From positions 124,001-188,000 of the forward strand of contig JAMDHS010000021.1 in assembly GCA_029717555.1 (NCBI GenBank): 64,000 bases of DNA. The letters run 5' to 3'. Every line of letters starts with the position of its first letter. Positions within the stretch are counted from its first letter, which is position 1. Source of the DNA: Peribolospora baueri. Its lineage: Eukaryota. The notes below the pieces were generated by a model. The model made no database searches, was not told where the DNA came from, and was given only the letters and a program-made list of their open reading frames with translations. Shown here piece by piece: positions 24,901 to 38,490 of this stretch. A program made the translations under genes and the position numbers.

Positions 24901-25613
24901 AGCGGATGGGTGAGCAGTGGGAATGGAGTGCGTGAGCCCGGTGGTGGGAGGATGAAGAGGGAGTGAGAGTTTAAGGCCCCAGCGCACGATTACCGCGTCG
25001 CCGACGCCGATCACTTTCATCATGTCATACGTACATGTACGACCGTCGACGGACGTCGACGTCATTCCCCCGTACCTTCCTCCGTCGCTCGCCGGGCCGC
25101 CCTTCTGTTCCCCCAGTGGCCTCCTCTGCTTCGATGCTCATCTTCTCCCAAGCCCACACCCGCTTGCTCATCCGCGAACGCAGACCACACCATACGTACG
25201 TCCCTTCCCCCGTCCCAGGCGAGCCACCGGGAAGTCTTTGTCTGGCCGCGCGACGAGGGAGGGCAGTACGATCTGCTTTCTCGCCAACGGGGGGAGACGC
25301 TATGGACAGATCACCACAACGTTCACTATCGCTTGCGCTGTCACCCGCCCCTCTTAGCATTGGTGACTGGCGACGGTGACGGCGACGGCCGTTGATTGGT
25401 GACCACAGCCGTCTGCCCATTTCAGTCGTTCGAGCCCGCTCAGCCAGCCAGCCATCCGATATATCCGTCCCCGTCCCGCGAACAACACGGCGATCGCTCG
25501 GACATAGGCGGAGATGGAGCCCGCCATCCTCGCTCGTCCCTCATGACGGGTCGATCACTTTCTTCTTCTTCCCCCCCATCCCACTGTCACCGCATCCGCT
25601 CGGGTCTGTCGAG

Positions 25614-28600
25614 ATGTCTTTGGAGGATTATGATGAGGTCAGTCAGCACGCTCTCATAAACTCGCACGCGTGTTTGCGTTCGTTCACCAGCCCCAGGCTC
25701 GACCTGCGACGACCCTCCGCGCGCGCATCCATCCGGCTCATTCCCTGACACCTGACCGTCTTCTCCTTCTTCTTTTCTCCTGCCGTCCGCGATCACAGTT
25801 CGGCAACTACATCGGCGCCGCGCTAGAGTCGGAGGAAGAGTCAGACGAGGAGCAGGAGGTGTACCGGCGGCAGCAGCAGGGGTACGGCCAGGAGGAGTCT
25901 TTGGAGGAGCCTTTGGAGGAGCCTTTGGAGGAGCCGGACGAGTATGGCGAGCGGGATCAACAGATGGAGGACGGAGAGGGATATGGGCCCGGAGCGATGA
26001 TGGCTGTTGATGGTGAGTGCGGAGAGCACCGAACGTCGCGTCGCGGTGGAGCGTGTCCGCGCTCAGGGAAGGAGGGGGCCTCAAAACAGCAAGCCGAGCC
26101 TCTGTGCCCTCGCCCCCGGGCCGCGCTGAAGATTTTTGTCTTTCTTTCGTCGCTGCCTTTTGCCGTTCAGCCGAAGGACCGTCCAATGCTGTTGTTCTAC
26201 ACGAAGACAAAAAGTATTACCCGACGGCCGAAGAGACGTACGGACCGGAGGTGGAGACGATCGTGCAAGAGGAGGACGCGCAGCCTCTCTCTCAGCCCAT
26301 CATCGAGCCGGTCAAGGTCAAGAGGTTCGCCGTGCAGGAGAAGGACCTGCCAGAGACGAGGTTTGATCGGACGTGAGTTTCAGTCCTGTTTCTCTGGCGC
26401 CAATTCCGAGAGCGCAGGCTCTGATGCTCCCACCTCACTCCTCCGGACCCGTTCGATTTCCGACTTGCCAGATACATGACCGACATGATGAACTTTCCGG
26501 ACATGGTGCGAAACGTGGCGGTGGTGGGACATTTGCATCACGGCAAGACGTCTCTGATGGACATGCTCGTGTTGGAGACGCACAAGATGATTGATGACAT
26601 TGATCGACCGGTGAGCTCGGCTCTTCTCTCCATCAGAATATGCGTCAATGCTTACGAGCCTGTTCTCTGCTCCACCGCCTTTTACTCCCGCAGCTCCGCT
26701 ACACCGACTCCCATCTCCTCGAACGTGACCGTGGAATTTCCATCAAGAGCCACCCGATGTCCCTGCTCCTCCAGAACACCAAAGGGAAATCCTACCTCGT
26801 CAACGCCGTCGACACGCCTGGCCACACCAATTTTGTGGACGAGGTAGCCGCCGCCGTGCGTCTAGCCGACGGCGTGGTCCTTGTGGTGGACGTGGTGGAA
26901 GGCGTGATGGCGAACACGGAGGCGATCATCCGTTATTGCCTGCAAGAAAAGGTGGCCCTGACGCTCCTCATCAATAAGGTGGACCGTCTCATCCTCGAAC
27001 TCCGCCTCCCTCCCACCGACGCCTATTTCAAGATTCGTCACGTCATCGACGAGGTCAACTCGGTCATCATGAACGTCGACCCGAATACCGACCTGCGGCT
27101 CGGTCCAGAAAAGGGGAACGTCGCCTTTGCGAGCACACAGATGGGCTGGTGCTTCACTTTGGAGAGCTTTGCGCAGCTTTATGCTGATACCTTTGGTGAG
27201 TCATCGCTTTCCCTCTTTCGTAGATACGCCCCGCAGCCCGAGTCTTTCGTCCCTTTTTTGCGAGCGTCTTACGTGCTCCACCCCTCTTTGGACAACCGTA
27301 GGCGGCATCGACGTCCCCTCGCTGGCCGCCCGACTGTGGGGCAACATCTATTACAACTCTGACTCGCGCAAGTTCACGCGCAAGGCCCCCGAATCCGGCT
27401 CTCCGCGCTCCTTTGTGCACTTCATCCTCGAGCCGCTGTACAAACTTTACACCCAGGTCCTCTCTGGCGACTCTGAGAGCCTCAAGAAGACGCTCAACGG
27501 TCTCAACATTCATCTCAACCCCAAGGCGTTCCGGATGGACGTTCGGCCGCTGCTCAAGCTCGTGCTGAACCAATTCTTTGGGCCCAGCACAGGATTGGTG
27601 GACATGCTCGTTCGATGGGTTCCTAGCCCTAAAGAGAATGCGAGGAAAAAAGTGAGCCGAAAGTCTCTCGTTTTCCGCTCCCTTTCTCGCCGTCGATTGA
27701 TCGAACGCTTTTGCTCCCCGCCGTGCTATCTGTCCGGACCGGCCCGCAGATGGAGCACACGTATACTGGCCCGGTGACAGACGCCCTGGCGGCGTCCGTG
27801 GCCTCCTGTGACTCCGAAGGTCCTTTGGTGGTCCATGTCACAAAGCTTTACCCTACCGTCGATGCGCTCAGCTTCCGAGCGTTCGGACGCGTGCTCAGCG
27901 GGACGGTCAGTCGTGGTCAAAAGGTCAGGGTGCTGGGCGAGGGATACTCGCCTGAGGACGAGGAGGATATGGTCGTGGCCACCGTCGACGGGGTTTGGAT
28001 CGATGAAACGAGGTGAGTCGCCTTTTGGCGAGGACGGAGGGGCCGTCAAGTTTCCAAGCTCACGCCGTGCCACGCGGTCAATAACCGACCAGATACGCCG
28101 TCGAGACGGAAGGCGTCCCCGCCGGCAACCTTGTTCTCCTTTCTGGCGTGGAGTCGTCCATCGCCAAAACGGCGACCATCGTCGACGCCTCCCTCCCTCC
28201 GGACGAGCTCAACATCATCCGGCCGATCAAGCACATGACCGAGTCCGTGCTCAAAGTCGCCGTCGAGCCGATGAACCCGTCCGACTTGCCCAAAATGCTC
28301 GAGGGTCTCCGAAGCATCAACAAGAGTTACCCCTTGGCGGTGACCAAGGTGGAGGAGAGTGGAGAGCACATCGTCCTCGGCACCGGTGAGCTCTATCTCG
28401 ACAGCGTACTGCACGACCTCCGCAAGATGTATGCCGAGGTGGAGATCAAAGTGTCCGATCCCGTCGTCAAGTTCTGCGAGACCGTCGTCGAGACGAGCGC
28501 GCTGAAGTGTTATGCGGAGACGCCGAACAAGAAGTGAGCTTTTTTTCGTCTCATGGCGCCGGAACCGCCGTGCTGATGACCGACTTTGTCTGATCTGTAA

Positions 28601-29972
28601 CGACCTATTTTTGCCTGTCTCTTATCTCTTATCTCTTTTTTTTTCCGCCCGCAGAAACAAGCTCACGATGATCGCCGAACCCCTCGAAAGAGGTATAGCG
28701 GAGGACATCGAATCAGGTAGGGTCAACATTCGCATGCCGGCCAAGGAGCTCGGGAAGCACTTTGAGGACAAGTACCAGTGGGACTTGCTCGCCAGTCGGT
28801 CCATTTGGGCCTTTGGCCCGGATGACGCAGGTCCAAACTTGTTGATGGACGATACGCTTCCTAGTGAGGTGGGTTTTAAGGAAAGAAACCGTGAGGAAAA
28901 GGGATTGATCTAGCCGTGTGCCTCTAACGCCGCTTACCCCCTTGTCCGCGTCGGTGTTTGCAGGTGGACAAGAAGCTCCTGTTCAGCGTTCGAGACTCGG
29001 TCAAGCAAGGCTTCCAATGGGCGACGAGGGAAGGCCCGTTGTGTGATGAGCGTGAGTCACCAGCGCGCCGATCACGCTCTCGACGTGTTCGATTTTCTCT
29101 TACGCGATCGCTGGATTTGATTGATTGTCCACGCTCAACTCCAGCGGTACGAAACGTTAAATTCCGAATACTCGACGCCACGCTCGCCCCGGAGCCCATC
29201 TTCCGCGGCGGAGGACAGATCATCCCGACCGCGAGACGAGTTTGCTATTCGTCTTTCTTGATGGTGAGTCGATGCGTGTCGCGGCGTGTCCCGGTGTTTG
29301 TGTCCAAAGTTGTCGCTCACCCAAACTTGGACTGCGGTCGGGGATGGGCAGGCGACGCCTCGACTCATGGAACCCATCTACTACGTGGAGGTCCAAGCGC
29401 CCGCAGACTGTGTCTCGGCTGTGTACACGGTCCTCGCCCGCCGACGCGGGCATGTGACGCAGGACATGCCCAAGGCCGGGTCGCCTTTGTACACCGTCAA
29501 AGCTTACATACCCGTCATGGACGCCAATGGCTTTGAGACAGACCTACGTACCCACACCCAAGGTCAGGCGTTCTGTTTGCAGATGTTCGACCACTGGTCC
29601 GTCGTGCCCGGTGATCCGACCGATACATCTATCAAGTTGAGGCCACTCGAGCCTGCTACGAGCTTGCATCTCGCGAGAGACTTTGTGTGAGCTGCCGTTC
29701 CTTTCCTTCTTGGCTTTCTTCCTTCCTCGTCTCTGTCTTGCCCTCTCGTACCGTTGCCTCTCTCCGTTCGTCCCTTTCGACGAACCCTTCCTCCCGTCTC
29801 ACTCGCGCTGTGACTGACAAAACACACCCGTCTCTCTTGCCCACCGACACACAGCCTCAAGACGCGGCGACGAAAAGGCTTGAGCGACCAGATCGGCGTG
29901 GCCTCGTACCTCGACTCGGACTTTGTCACCGCGCTCAGCGCGAGCGGACAGGCAGATCTTTTGAACTTTTGA
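25614..29972 (+). CDS. SNU114: U5 snRNP 116-kDa EF-2-like GTPase
   Basis: [34 protein letters not shown]-loop, [50 protein letters not shown]. Confidence 0.97.
25899..25934 (+). repeat. 3 x 12-bp coding tandem repeat CTTTGGAGGAGC (LEEP)3 in the SNU114 acidic N-terminus
   Basis: Three exact copies. Confidence 0.9.
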
Positions 29973-30504
29973 ATCGGGGGGTCGGTCGTCCTCGACGCTC
30001 AAGTTGCTGTCAGATTCCGCTTGTCCAGGAACGTGTAGTGCTACGATACGAGGCTTGCATTGCTATTTCTTTTTACTTACTTGACGACACTCGTATAGGG
30101 GAAGAGAAAACAGAAAGAGGGGAGCGGATAGAGCCCAGAGCTAGTCTGATAGAGAAGAGCAAAGGAAGAAGAGACGAGGAGAGAGAGGAGGACGAAGTGC
30201 GCCGGCTACATGGCGATCAATGATGGTGCAGTGGAGCGAAAAAATGGAAACAGGGGAAGTAGAACGCAAGGAAGGACCGACCGACGCTGAGGAAGCCGAA
30301 CGGTAGATCCGGAAGAGAAGGGAGACGAGAAGAGGAAGGTAGAGAGAGGGTGGGCCAAGAAGAAGTGAGGGTGACCGAAGGCTGAGCTCGGTCGCGAGGA
30401 GTCGCGCGGCCGGCGCACATCTCCGACTCCCCCCCAAACGTTCATGTCCAGGAAGGAGGACAAAGGAAGGATGGACAAAGGAACGAGCCAAACGAGACAC
30501 AAGG

Positions 30505-30505
30505 C

Positions 30506-30542
<37 letters not shown>
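30505..30542. repeat. (CAGA)9 microsatellite in the calnexin 3' UTR
   Basis: Pure tetranucleotide run. Confidence 0.92.
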
Positions 30543-30571
30543 CGTTCGCTCCGGAGCTCGCCAGCGTCCAT

Positions 30572-33189
30572 CTACTTGCCGCCGCGCTTCTTCAGCTCGG
30601 CATCCTTGCCCTTCGAGTCTGTTGCCGTCGTCTTTGCGGACGAGTCGTCCTGCTTCGACGATACCGGCTCGGCTTTCTTTGCAGACTTGGGGGTAGGCTT
30701 GGAGGAACCGGAGGCGATGAGAGAGAAGAGAACGCCGATCATGCCGACGAGCGTTGCAAACGCGGCTCCCAACGCGACGCCGGTCTCGGGCTTCTCCTTG
30801 AAGGCACCGACGGGATCGTCGACGGCGAGCTTGACGAAACCATCGATGTGGCCCCGGGCAAAGCCCACGGGGTCGACCTTCCAGTCTGGGATCTCGCCAT
30901 CACCGACGTCCTTGGCCTTCGTCGCCTCCTCCCGGTTCTGTTCAATGGGGAGCTTGGCGTGGAAGGTCTCGAGGGCCAATGCCTTGGCTTCCTCGGAGGA
31001 GTGGCCGACGTAAATGTTGTCGAAGAGGATGTCTTCGGACTGCGTTCCGAACAGAAAGGGGCAGCGATCATGATGAGCACAAGATCAGAATTGACCGTGC
31101 CATGCGCTCCCTAGACAAAAGCGACGCTCACCATAGTCCAAATCTCAAATCCGATACCGCCCTATTTTAGTAAAAAGGGTGAGGAGACAGAAAGGTCACC
31201 ATGCGCTCAGGGCCATCGGGTTTCCACATTTAAAACGATCATCCGTGGGGCAAGAAAATATTATATGCTCGCTAAACTCACGATCTTGTTGAAATTAGCA
31301 GGCTGGAGATCCTCGAAGTAGTCCGGGTTGTCGATCTTTCGCGGCTTCCATACGCCCTTGTAAGCGGGGTTGTCGATCATAGGAGCGCTCCACTTGCCCT
31401 TGTAGTTGGGGTTGGCGATCATGGGCCTATGGGTCGGGAGACGAGGGAGAAAAGGAGACAAGAGATCAATCCCGAGATCTGTGACAGCTATGTCGCCCCT
31501 TCCCTGTCACCAATTCTCGAGGAAAAGAGCCTTCAACTTACGGTGACCACTTGCCACACCCAGGCGCTGCCTCGCATTTGGGGTTAGGCACCGACGGTGC
31601 GATCCATTCTCCGTCCTCCTCGTCATCCCACTCCTCTGGCTTGTTAGCCTCCGGGTCAGGGACCGTCGCCGGCTCATCGTCCAACCAACCTTCGGGCTTC
31701 TCCGCGTCTGGATCAGGGATCATGGCGGGCGCATCTTCGTCCCAGTCATCGGGCTGAGTGGAAAAGCGTGAATTGCAAGAGTAAGCAAAAAATCACAATA
31801 GGAATGTCAGGAACAGCTTTCAAAATATATGAGTGGTCCAATAGAAAATGGCTGTTTGCCCACCTTGACGGCCTTGGGGTCCGGAATTCGCGCCTCATCT
31901 ACCCAGTCTGCGGGCTTCTTGTCTTCGGGGTCGTCTTTGAATCACAAAAACATTTTGGGGTAGGGGAAGGGGGTAATATCACCGTCAGCATCGAAGATCA
32001 AACGACATGACCGTTAGTCATAAAATAAATATCTGGGAGCGAGAGGAAAGATTTCGATACAAAAATTCTCCAGGCCGTCGTCCCAAATAAAATCCACCTT
32101 TATGCGCCCCTCTTGCGACACTCACCAATCTCCTTAGGAGGGTTGACCGAAGGGGTGAAGTCCTCAAGGAGGTTTCCAGACTTCTTGAGCTCGTCGTTGA
32201 TCTTGATCTCAAACGTGTTGTCGGGGCTATACGTAATAGCGGGGAAGCGAACGAAGAGCTAGGTCAAAAGCGCGAACAACGAACGCAAGAGTCAAGGGAG
32301 TTGGACTCACTTGACGATGAGAGTGTAAAGACTAGTAGTCTTGGAGATCTTCGGGTTCGGCGGGCCGTTAAGGTGCTTCTCCTCGTACTCTCCCGTCTTC
32401 GGGTTGCGGTGGCGGAAGATGAAATGCACCTTGTTTGTGGAGCCGCACTTGTCAGGGCCAAACATGATCGTGTAGCTGTGTACGCGCGGCGAGCAAGGCA
32501 AGCGGTTGAGCGCCTAGCCCGTCCACATGAGCTCGAACGACAGAAAAAAAGAGGTGAAGCACTCACGGCGTCTTGTCCGAAAACTCCTTAGCTTGAATAC
32601 CGTCCTCGGAGTCCGAGAGAAGCTTGAGGTACGCTCCACCGCAGTCGAGCCCCTTCTGCAGCTTGACTTCGTACTGCACCACGAGGGGCTTGCCGGCGGG
32701 GTCGACGGGAGCTTCAAAGAGGGTCGAAATGGCGTGCTGGGCCGCTTTGGTCTTGGCCACCAAGCCATCGTCGCCCTCGAGGCCTGGGAAGACGGTGGCA
32801 GGTTCGACGCTCCACTGACCGACGTAGGAGAACACCTCGCCGTTGGACTGCTCCTTCGTGGCAGCAGACGGCGTCCACCGCTCGCGCCAGTCGGGGGTAA
32901 ATTGCTCGACGAAGGGGGCCTTAATGGTCGTGGGCTGGAGGTGAAAGTGTAGTTCGGAAAGGGAAAGGAAGCGACGCGCATGCTCAGCTCAGAAAGCTCA
33001 GTAGGCTCCCAACCAACCTTGCTCGAGCCGGGGTAAGGGTCGGGCCTTGTTCCTAGGGCCGGCAATTCGGCGGCCGCACAAAAGGTGGACAGGCACACTC
33101 ACCACAAAAGGTGCCCTCTCGACAGAGGCCTCGACGGCAGTAGCCGCGGCAAGGCCGGCGACGGCGGCAGCAGCGACGGAAGACTTCAT
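30572..33189 (-). CDS. CNE1: Calnexin (ER lectin chaperone)
   Basis: Signal peptide [45 protein letters not shown]-domain repeats ([25 protein letters not shown]), [11 protein letters not shown]-terminal TM. Confidence 0.96.
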
Positions 33190-33435
33190 CGCGTGCGGTG
33201 GTTGGAGTACCTGGGGGCGAGCGAGCGATGTCGAGGTGCGCGAGTGGCAAGGTAAAAAAGAGCGCCTTGCGTTGGGGCGACTTGAGGGGTAGGAAGGGAG
33301 TGGGGAGGCAGCGAAGAGAGTCGGAGTGAGATGGTGGTCGGAAGGAGGATGTCGGTGCCAGCGAATCTCTCCATCGTCCTTCCACTTGCCCCGCCTGCCA
33401 GCGAGTGAGTGCGCGCGCCTGCCGCAGCACCGCAT

Positions 33436-33445
33436 CCACGTGGCA
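33436..33445 (-). promoter_or_regulatory. Putative unfolded-protein-response element (bZIP G-box) upstream of calnexin
   Basis: TGCCACGTGG on the minus strand, about 250 bp upstream of the ATG. Confidence 0.45.
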
Positions 33446-34078
33446 CACTCTCGTCCGCTGATCGGGTCGGAAATGGCGCCGAAGATTCGCGAAAGGACGG
33501 GCAAGGCAAGCAAGCAAGCAGGCAAGCAAGGCAAGCAAAGCAAGACAAAGAAGCGGAACGGAGACATAGCGGGGATGGCGTCGTGCGACGGCACTGGGCG
33601 GTGGATGACCGTAAAAGGAGGCGGAGGAGCCCGGCGCGGATGCTGGAGGAGCGTGAGGCGGACTGTGGAGTGTGAGGTCAAAGTTCACTCCAGGCATCAG
33701 ATCATTTTTTCGAGCATGTAGTCGGTGAGGAGACCATACACGTCCTTTGGATTGGCAACGGCGCCCTCTTCCTTCTGCTCCTCCTTGCTACACTCCAGTC
33801 CTGTGGACGCTCGTAAAACGGCGACGAGTCGACGACGTTGTCGCGCCTTAGTCGCCGCGGCCTCTCGTCAGGTGTCCCTCGTGCTTATAATGTGCCTGGC
33901 TCTCAGGGCTACATAGTCCCCGCTTTCTGGGGGCGTAAGCTGTCGTAACGTCAGACATCAGGGCAACCACAGAAGGGCAGGCCACCGGCCAAGCAGTGCG
34001 CACAGCAAAGGGCCATGCTTTGCTCGGCGGCTTGATCTGGAAGCGCAGGCGACATGGTCGACCGCATCCTGCATCTAG

Positions 34079-37000
34079 TTACGCCTCGCTCGCGCTCCGA
34101 CTCAGACTCTTGCTCTTTCGCAGCCGGCTCTTCCTCCTCCCCTCCCCTTGCTGGTCCGCCTTCTTCTTCGCGTCGCCCTCAGACGGCGTCCGAGCGAGAA
34201 ATTGAGACTGAGACTGGAACGAAGCTTGGGAAGACGAGCCGCCTTTGCGCCGTCCTTCGTGCGTATAGTTCTCGCCATAGTCGAAGAGCAGCTCCGCCCC
34301 CATGCGGATGTCTTGCATGGAGAAGATGCCGATCCGGTGATCGCCGTTGACGAGCACGACTGTCACATGTGATGCGATACCCCGGTCAGCCAGTTAGCCA
34401 GTCAGCCCGTCGAACGAGCAAGTAAGCGTCCCATCGGCGCGGGACGAGATCGGTTACGAGGAAGTATGGCGGTGTACGATGGAGCGAGCTAAAGATACGC
34501 ACCCTTCGGCTGACAGTTGGCGTGACTTCTCGAATGATTGATCCACCGCATGGCGTTGCCCTTGAAGTAGGCATCGACGCAGTACTCCTCATTGAGCGTG
34601 AACAGGTAGGTGCGCTTCGTGTGGTCATAGATCATCCTAAGGATGACAGAGGACAGTGCGATGCCGGAAAGAATGGAGAGCAACAAAGACGGACGACCAA
34701 TGAGCGTCGGCGCCGAAACTCGAAGAACTAGCAGCGACAACGAGCTCGAAACTCTCACTCACCCTCTCCGCTCTACTTCGTTCGCGCTGACCACCTCGCC
34801 CTTGTACTCCCCGATCAGCTCACCCCGTTTGATGTCCTCTGCAGCGAACAAACCATACCCTTCCACAGCCGACTTGCCTACAAAGACACACTGAAAAGCA
34901 GTGACACCGGAAGATGGGCGAAATGTGTAACGATAGCTTGGCCACCGAGTGCGTTCGCGTTCTGGCATGGAGGAGGAAACAGGCTCGAGTTGACTCACCT
35001 TTGTGCGTCCGCGCTGAATGCATACGTTCCGACACTTGACCTCCGAGCCCAACGGGCCTGATTGTTCAAAGAAACGTACAAGACGCGATGAGTTGATGTC
35101 CCGATAGAAATATCGCCTCTTCCCAGGAGACGCGCTCGAAAGACATACGCACCCCCAGCCCCGCACGATCCGCACAGGTCAGGATCGCACTCGCGGTTGT
35201 CTCGCACGCACGGACAGCTGTCGGATGAACAGGTAGATTTTTTAGAGGAGGCTTGATGGCCTTTTCCATTCGATGAGCGGCAGTTGCAACCTGGGTGTCG
35301 GAGTCGGCCTACCGTGTCAAAATAAACAGCGTCAAAAAGGCGGAGAGAGGTTTCAGCGGCTTGGGGCAACCTCAAACCCGCGCGAAACCTTGGGAAGCTC
35401 GAACACCGCGGGAGACCCACAATCCTTGGCACAATGACAAAACTTCTCGCAGTGCCTCCTCGCCGTGTAGCAGTCGCAGTGCTCGCCTGCGTTCATATCT
35501 GGCCCGCAAGGTTTGCCCGGGTGGTCGCAGGGCCCATATCTATTCGGTTGAAAGATAAAAGGGACGTTGGTTGTAGATGTGGTATAATTACGGCTGAGGT
35601 ACGCAAACGAGGTCGTTTCACGCCCTCGGCCTTGGTGTGAGACTCACTCGTTCGCCTCGCTCGTTTGGTGGTCTACGAAGCGAAAGCGGGATCGATCAAG
35701 GAAATAAAGGCATCAGCAAGACGCTACTCGACATCGAAAGGCGCATATTCCGTTATTCCAAGCGACCCGTTCTTCCGACACTCACTGATAGTCAGCCTCT
35801 GCTTGACCTGCGGCGAATCGACAAGCTTCTTCTCTTCCTTACTTCTCAACAGAGCCGTCTGTCCGCTGCTACCCGACGCGCCAGGCTCATGCAACGCGTC
35901 GATCTTGCGCTTCACTCGGGGAGACATGGTCGGCACCTGGGCTGTGTATTCTAGGTGGACCTGCGTGAGGAACGAACGAATGAACGAGCGACGTGTGGTG
36001 TGGTGTGTAGCGTGAGCTTGACTGAAGGGGCGCTGATACGTGGTTCAAGAACGGAGGGAGGAAACGCTTTCTAACCTCTCGACAAGTCCTACCGCTGCCC
36101 ATCATCTTCGCAAATTTGCATGGCTCAGCAGTCGGGAACACGTTCCGGAACGCGTTGAGCAGCTGACGTTCGTCTTCGGTCCAGCCTTGTGAGGACTGTC
36201 AATGGGAAAGCACCAGATGTGGTGATCATCCGTGAGCGGGGAGCCTTGGTGCGTGCTCTTCCAGGACAATTGGTGCAATTCGCATTACGCACTCTGACAG
36301 CTTCCGCGTCGCCAACCTTGTAACAGTCCGGCCCGCACGGCTCGCCGGTTCTGCGGGGCACGATGGCCGTGCCCTTGACAGGGGGTCTAAAGATCATACC
36401 TGGATGACACGAGAAGGGAAAACAGCGTCCTGAGCGAGCGTGCACGCTTAAGCGCAGTACGACGAGTTGAAACACCAACCGTGAAGACCACAATCGAAAG
36501 CGTAGCACTGCCTACAAAAAAGGTTGGTGAAAGAATCAAGAATGTCCGTGTCTGGCGGTTTGCTGCGAAAGAGACGGCCCACGAGTGCCTTCCGTGTCAG
36601 TGAACACATAACTCTTCGTCAATAAAAGGACGGACAGAACGCTTCGCTCACAGCCAGTAATAGTCATGGAGATGGGAGTCATTGCGTCTGCCCATATCGG
36701 AAAGGTTGGCAGAGCGGGAATTTCAGGGACGCCTTGAAGAAAGGGCCGAAGACCAGCTTTCACCATCCGTCGCCGTGGTCGCCATCGACAAGACTCACCT
36801 CGTCACGATCTCCTCCACCGTGTTGTCAAACACCTGCGACGCGTCAATCTGCTCCGGCGTCAGGCCGTGCTGCTCGATGAGAGTTTGTATGGTCGCAAAT
36901 TCGACAGCGTTCTCTACCATGGGTTTGTAAATGTGGAAAATGGGGAGGGATGGACAACGCGAGTGGGTCAGTAGGGGTTGCTTTCAAGGATACACCTGCA

Positions 37001-37812
37001 TTGAAGCAGAAGAAAGCGTTGCCTCTCGTCCCCGTGCAATCACCATCCGGGTCAACCCTCCTCTCCTCAGCCGTCTCGACCTTCTCAAACATCCTCTCGT
37101 AAAGATCAAGGTCAAAGTTCTTGGCCATGTCCTCGTCGTCAAAGTTAGGTAGCACCTTGAGCACCTTCTCGTCGTCTACCTTGAGGTTACGCGTTGCGGG
37201 AGGACAGTAGGTGTACGTCGGGATGTAAGCTGAGGAGGGGGGGCTCGGTTCAAGGCGGGTGACGATCACCGAGTGGCTGCCGGAGGTGCCTGCAAGAGAG
37301 GAGGAAGCCCTGTCCTTGTCCTTTCCCGAACCCGAGCTGGAGGGTAGCATAGCGGCGGTGGCGGCAGCAGCGGCGGCAGAGGGAGCAGCATAACTAGTGT
37401 ACTGAAGCGTCCTTCTCAAAGTCGAGTCGTACGCTTTCGATCTGCTTCCTACCTGTGCTTCGGGATGGGAGGCGAGTGATTGCCACTGCGCGAGTTGCAC
37501 GGCAGAGAGGTTGGCGATGGACTCGGCCGTCGTCCTGCGCAAGTCCTAAGGCATGCGGGTAGTGGGAGAGAGACGGCACACCTTCCTGAGTCATTATCAA
37601 CTTAGGAACGATGGAGCCGCCCATCCCGTCCCATGAGCGAGGCCAGGACGGAAGGTTGGCTGACATACCTCGCAACGCTCGAGCTTGTCGGCCTTGTGCC
37701 AGCGGAACGCGTCGGTGAGCGTCTGTCTGACCAGCTCGTCCGTCTCGGGGACCTTTTTCTTGCGCACCATCCCGGTGAGGGATCTGCTCCTCCTGCGCCG
37801 TTTCTGGGACAT
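34079..37812 (-). CDS. EZH2: Histone H3K27 methyltransferase, Enhancer of zeste family (PRC2 catalytic subunit)
   Basis: SAL/SRM-like IPTYTYCPPATRNLKVDDEKVLKVLPNFDDE; MCSS LDSFTNLFCRQCYAFDCGLHG...PCGPDCY; SANT2 WTEDERQLL...GRTCREV; CXC PCDHPGKPC...CEKFCHC...CPCVRDNRECDPDLCGSC; SET GYGLF, IGEYKGE, RWINHS, GDHRIGIF, ELLFDYG. Confidence 0.93.
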
Positions 37813-37909
37813 GAGAAAGACGCCCTTCGAGGGATGCGACGAGCTGGGACGGTGATCGAGTGAGAGGGGATGTCGATGATCGTCGGACAATCAAATGGCG
37901 CTGTTGGCA

Positions 37910-37919
37910 ATTTACGCGC
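37910..37919 (-). promoter_or_regulatory. MCB/SCB-like element GCGCGTAAAT upstream of EZH2
   Basis: About 100 bp upstream of the ATG; identical 10-mer upstream of ORC1. Confidence 0.4.
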
Positions 37920-38490
37920 GACGCGACTCCCGATCGACCTTCATCCCTTCGGAGCAAGGCAGACGAGACAGGCACAGACAGACAGACAAACAAACAAGAG
38001 ACGGAGAGCGCATCCAGTCCGACCTACTTCATTCGTCGCCGATAAAGCGAGCAAGCAATAAAGCCAAGAAACACATGATCTCATACGGTACGGAGCGACA
38101 AAGACACAATGATACGACGGATCCCCGACGGCGCGCTCACGGGCAGAGTAGCGAGAGGAGACAGAGAGAAAAAAGAGAAGTACAACCGAGCGAATCCTTC
38201 TCCAGGCGACTCTGGCTCGTTCCGAGACGTATTACGAGAAAGCGTAGATGCGAAAACCGACTTCCTGTCCTCCTTGCTGGACACGAAAGGAGAAAAGGCG
38301 AAAACGATGGGACGTCACAGGCTTTGGAAGAAACGAGATGGTGCAAAGTGGTACTGGTGACCGGTAGGGCCTGCGCCGTCCCCATATGGAGAGAGGAAGA
38401 GGTGAGAAGCATGATGGTTTCATCGGCTGGTGCCCGAACTGACGCACATGGAGAACCGCTGGAGAGCGACGCAATCCGTGCGCCCAGTCC

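Noticed and set aside
28580..28595. TGATGA...CTGA (box C/D-like) in a SNU114 intron
   Set aside because: Boxes are only about 10 nt apart, far too close for a snoRNA
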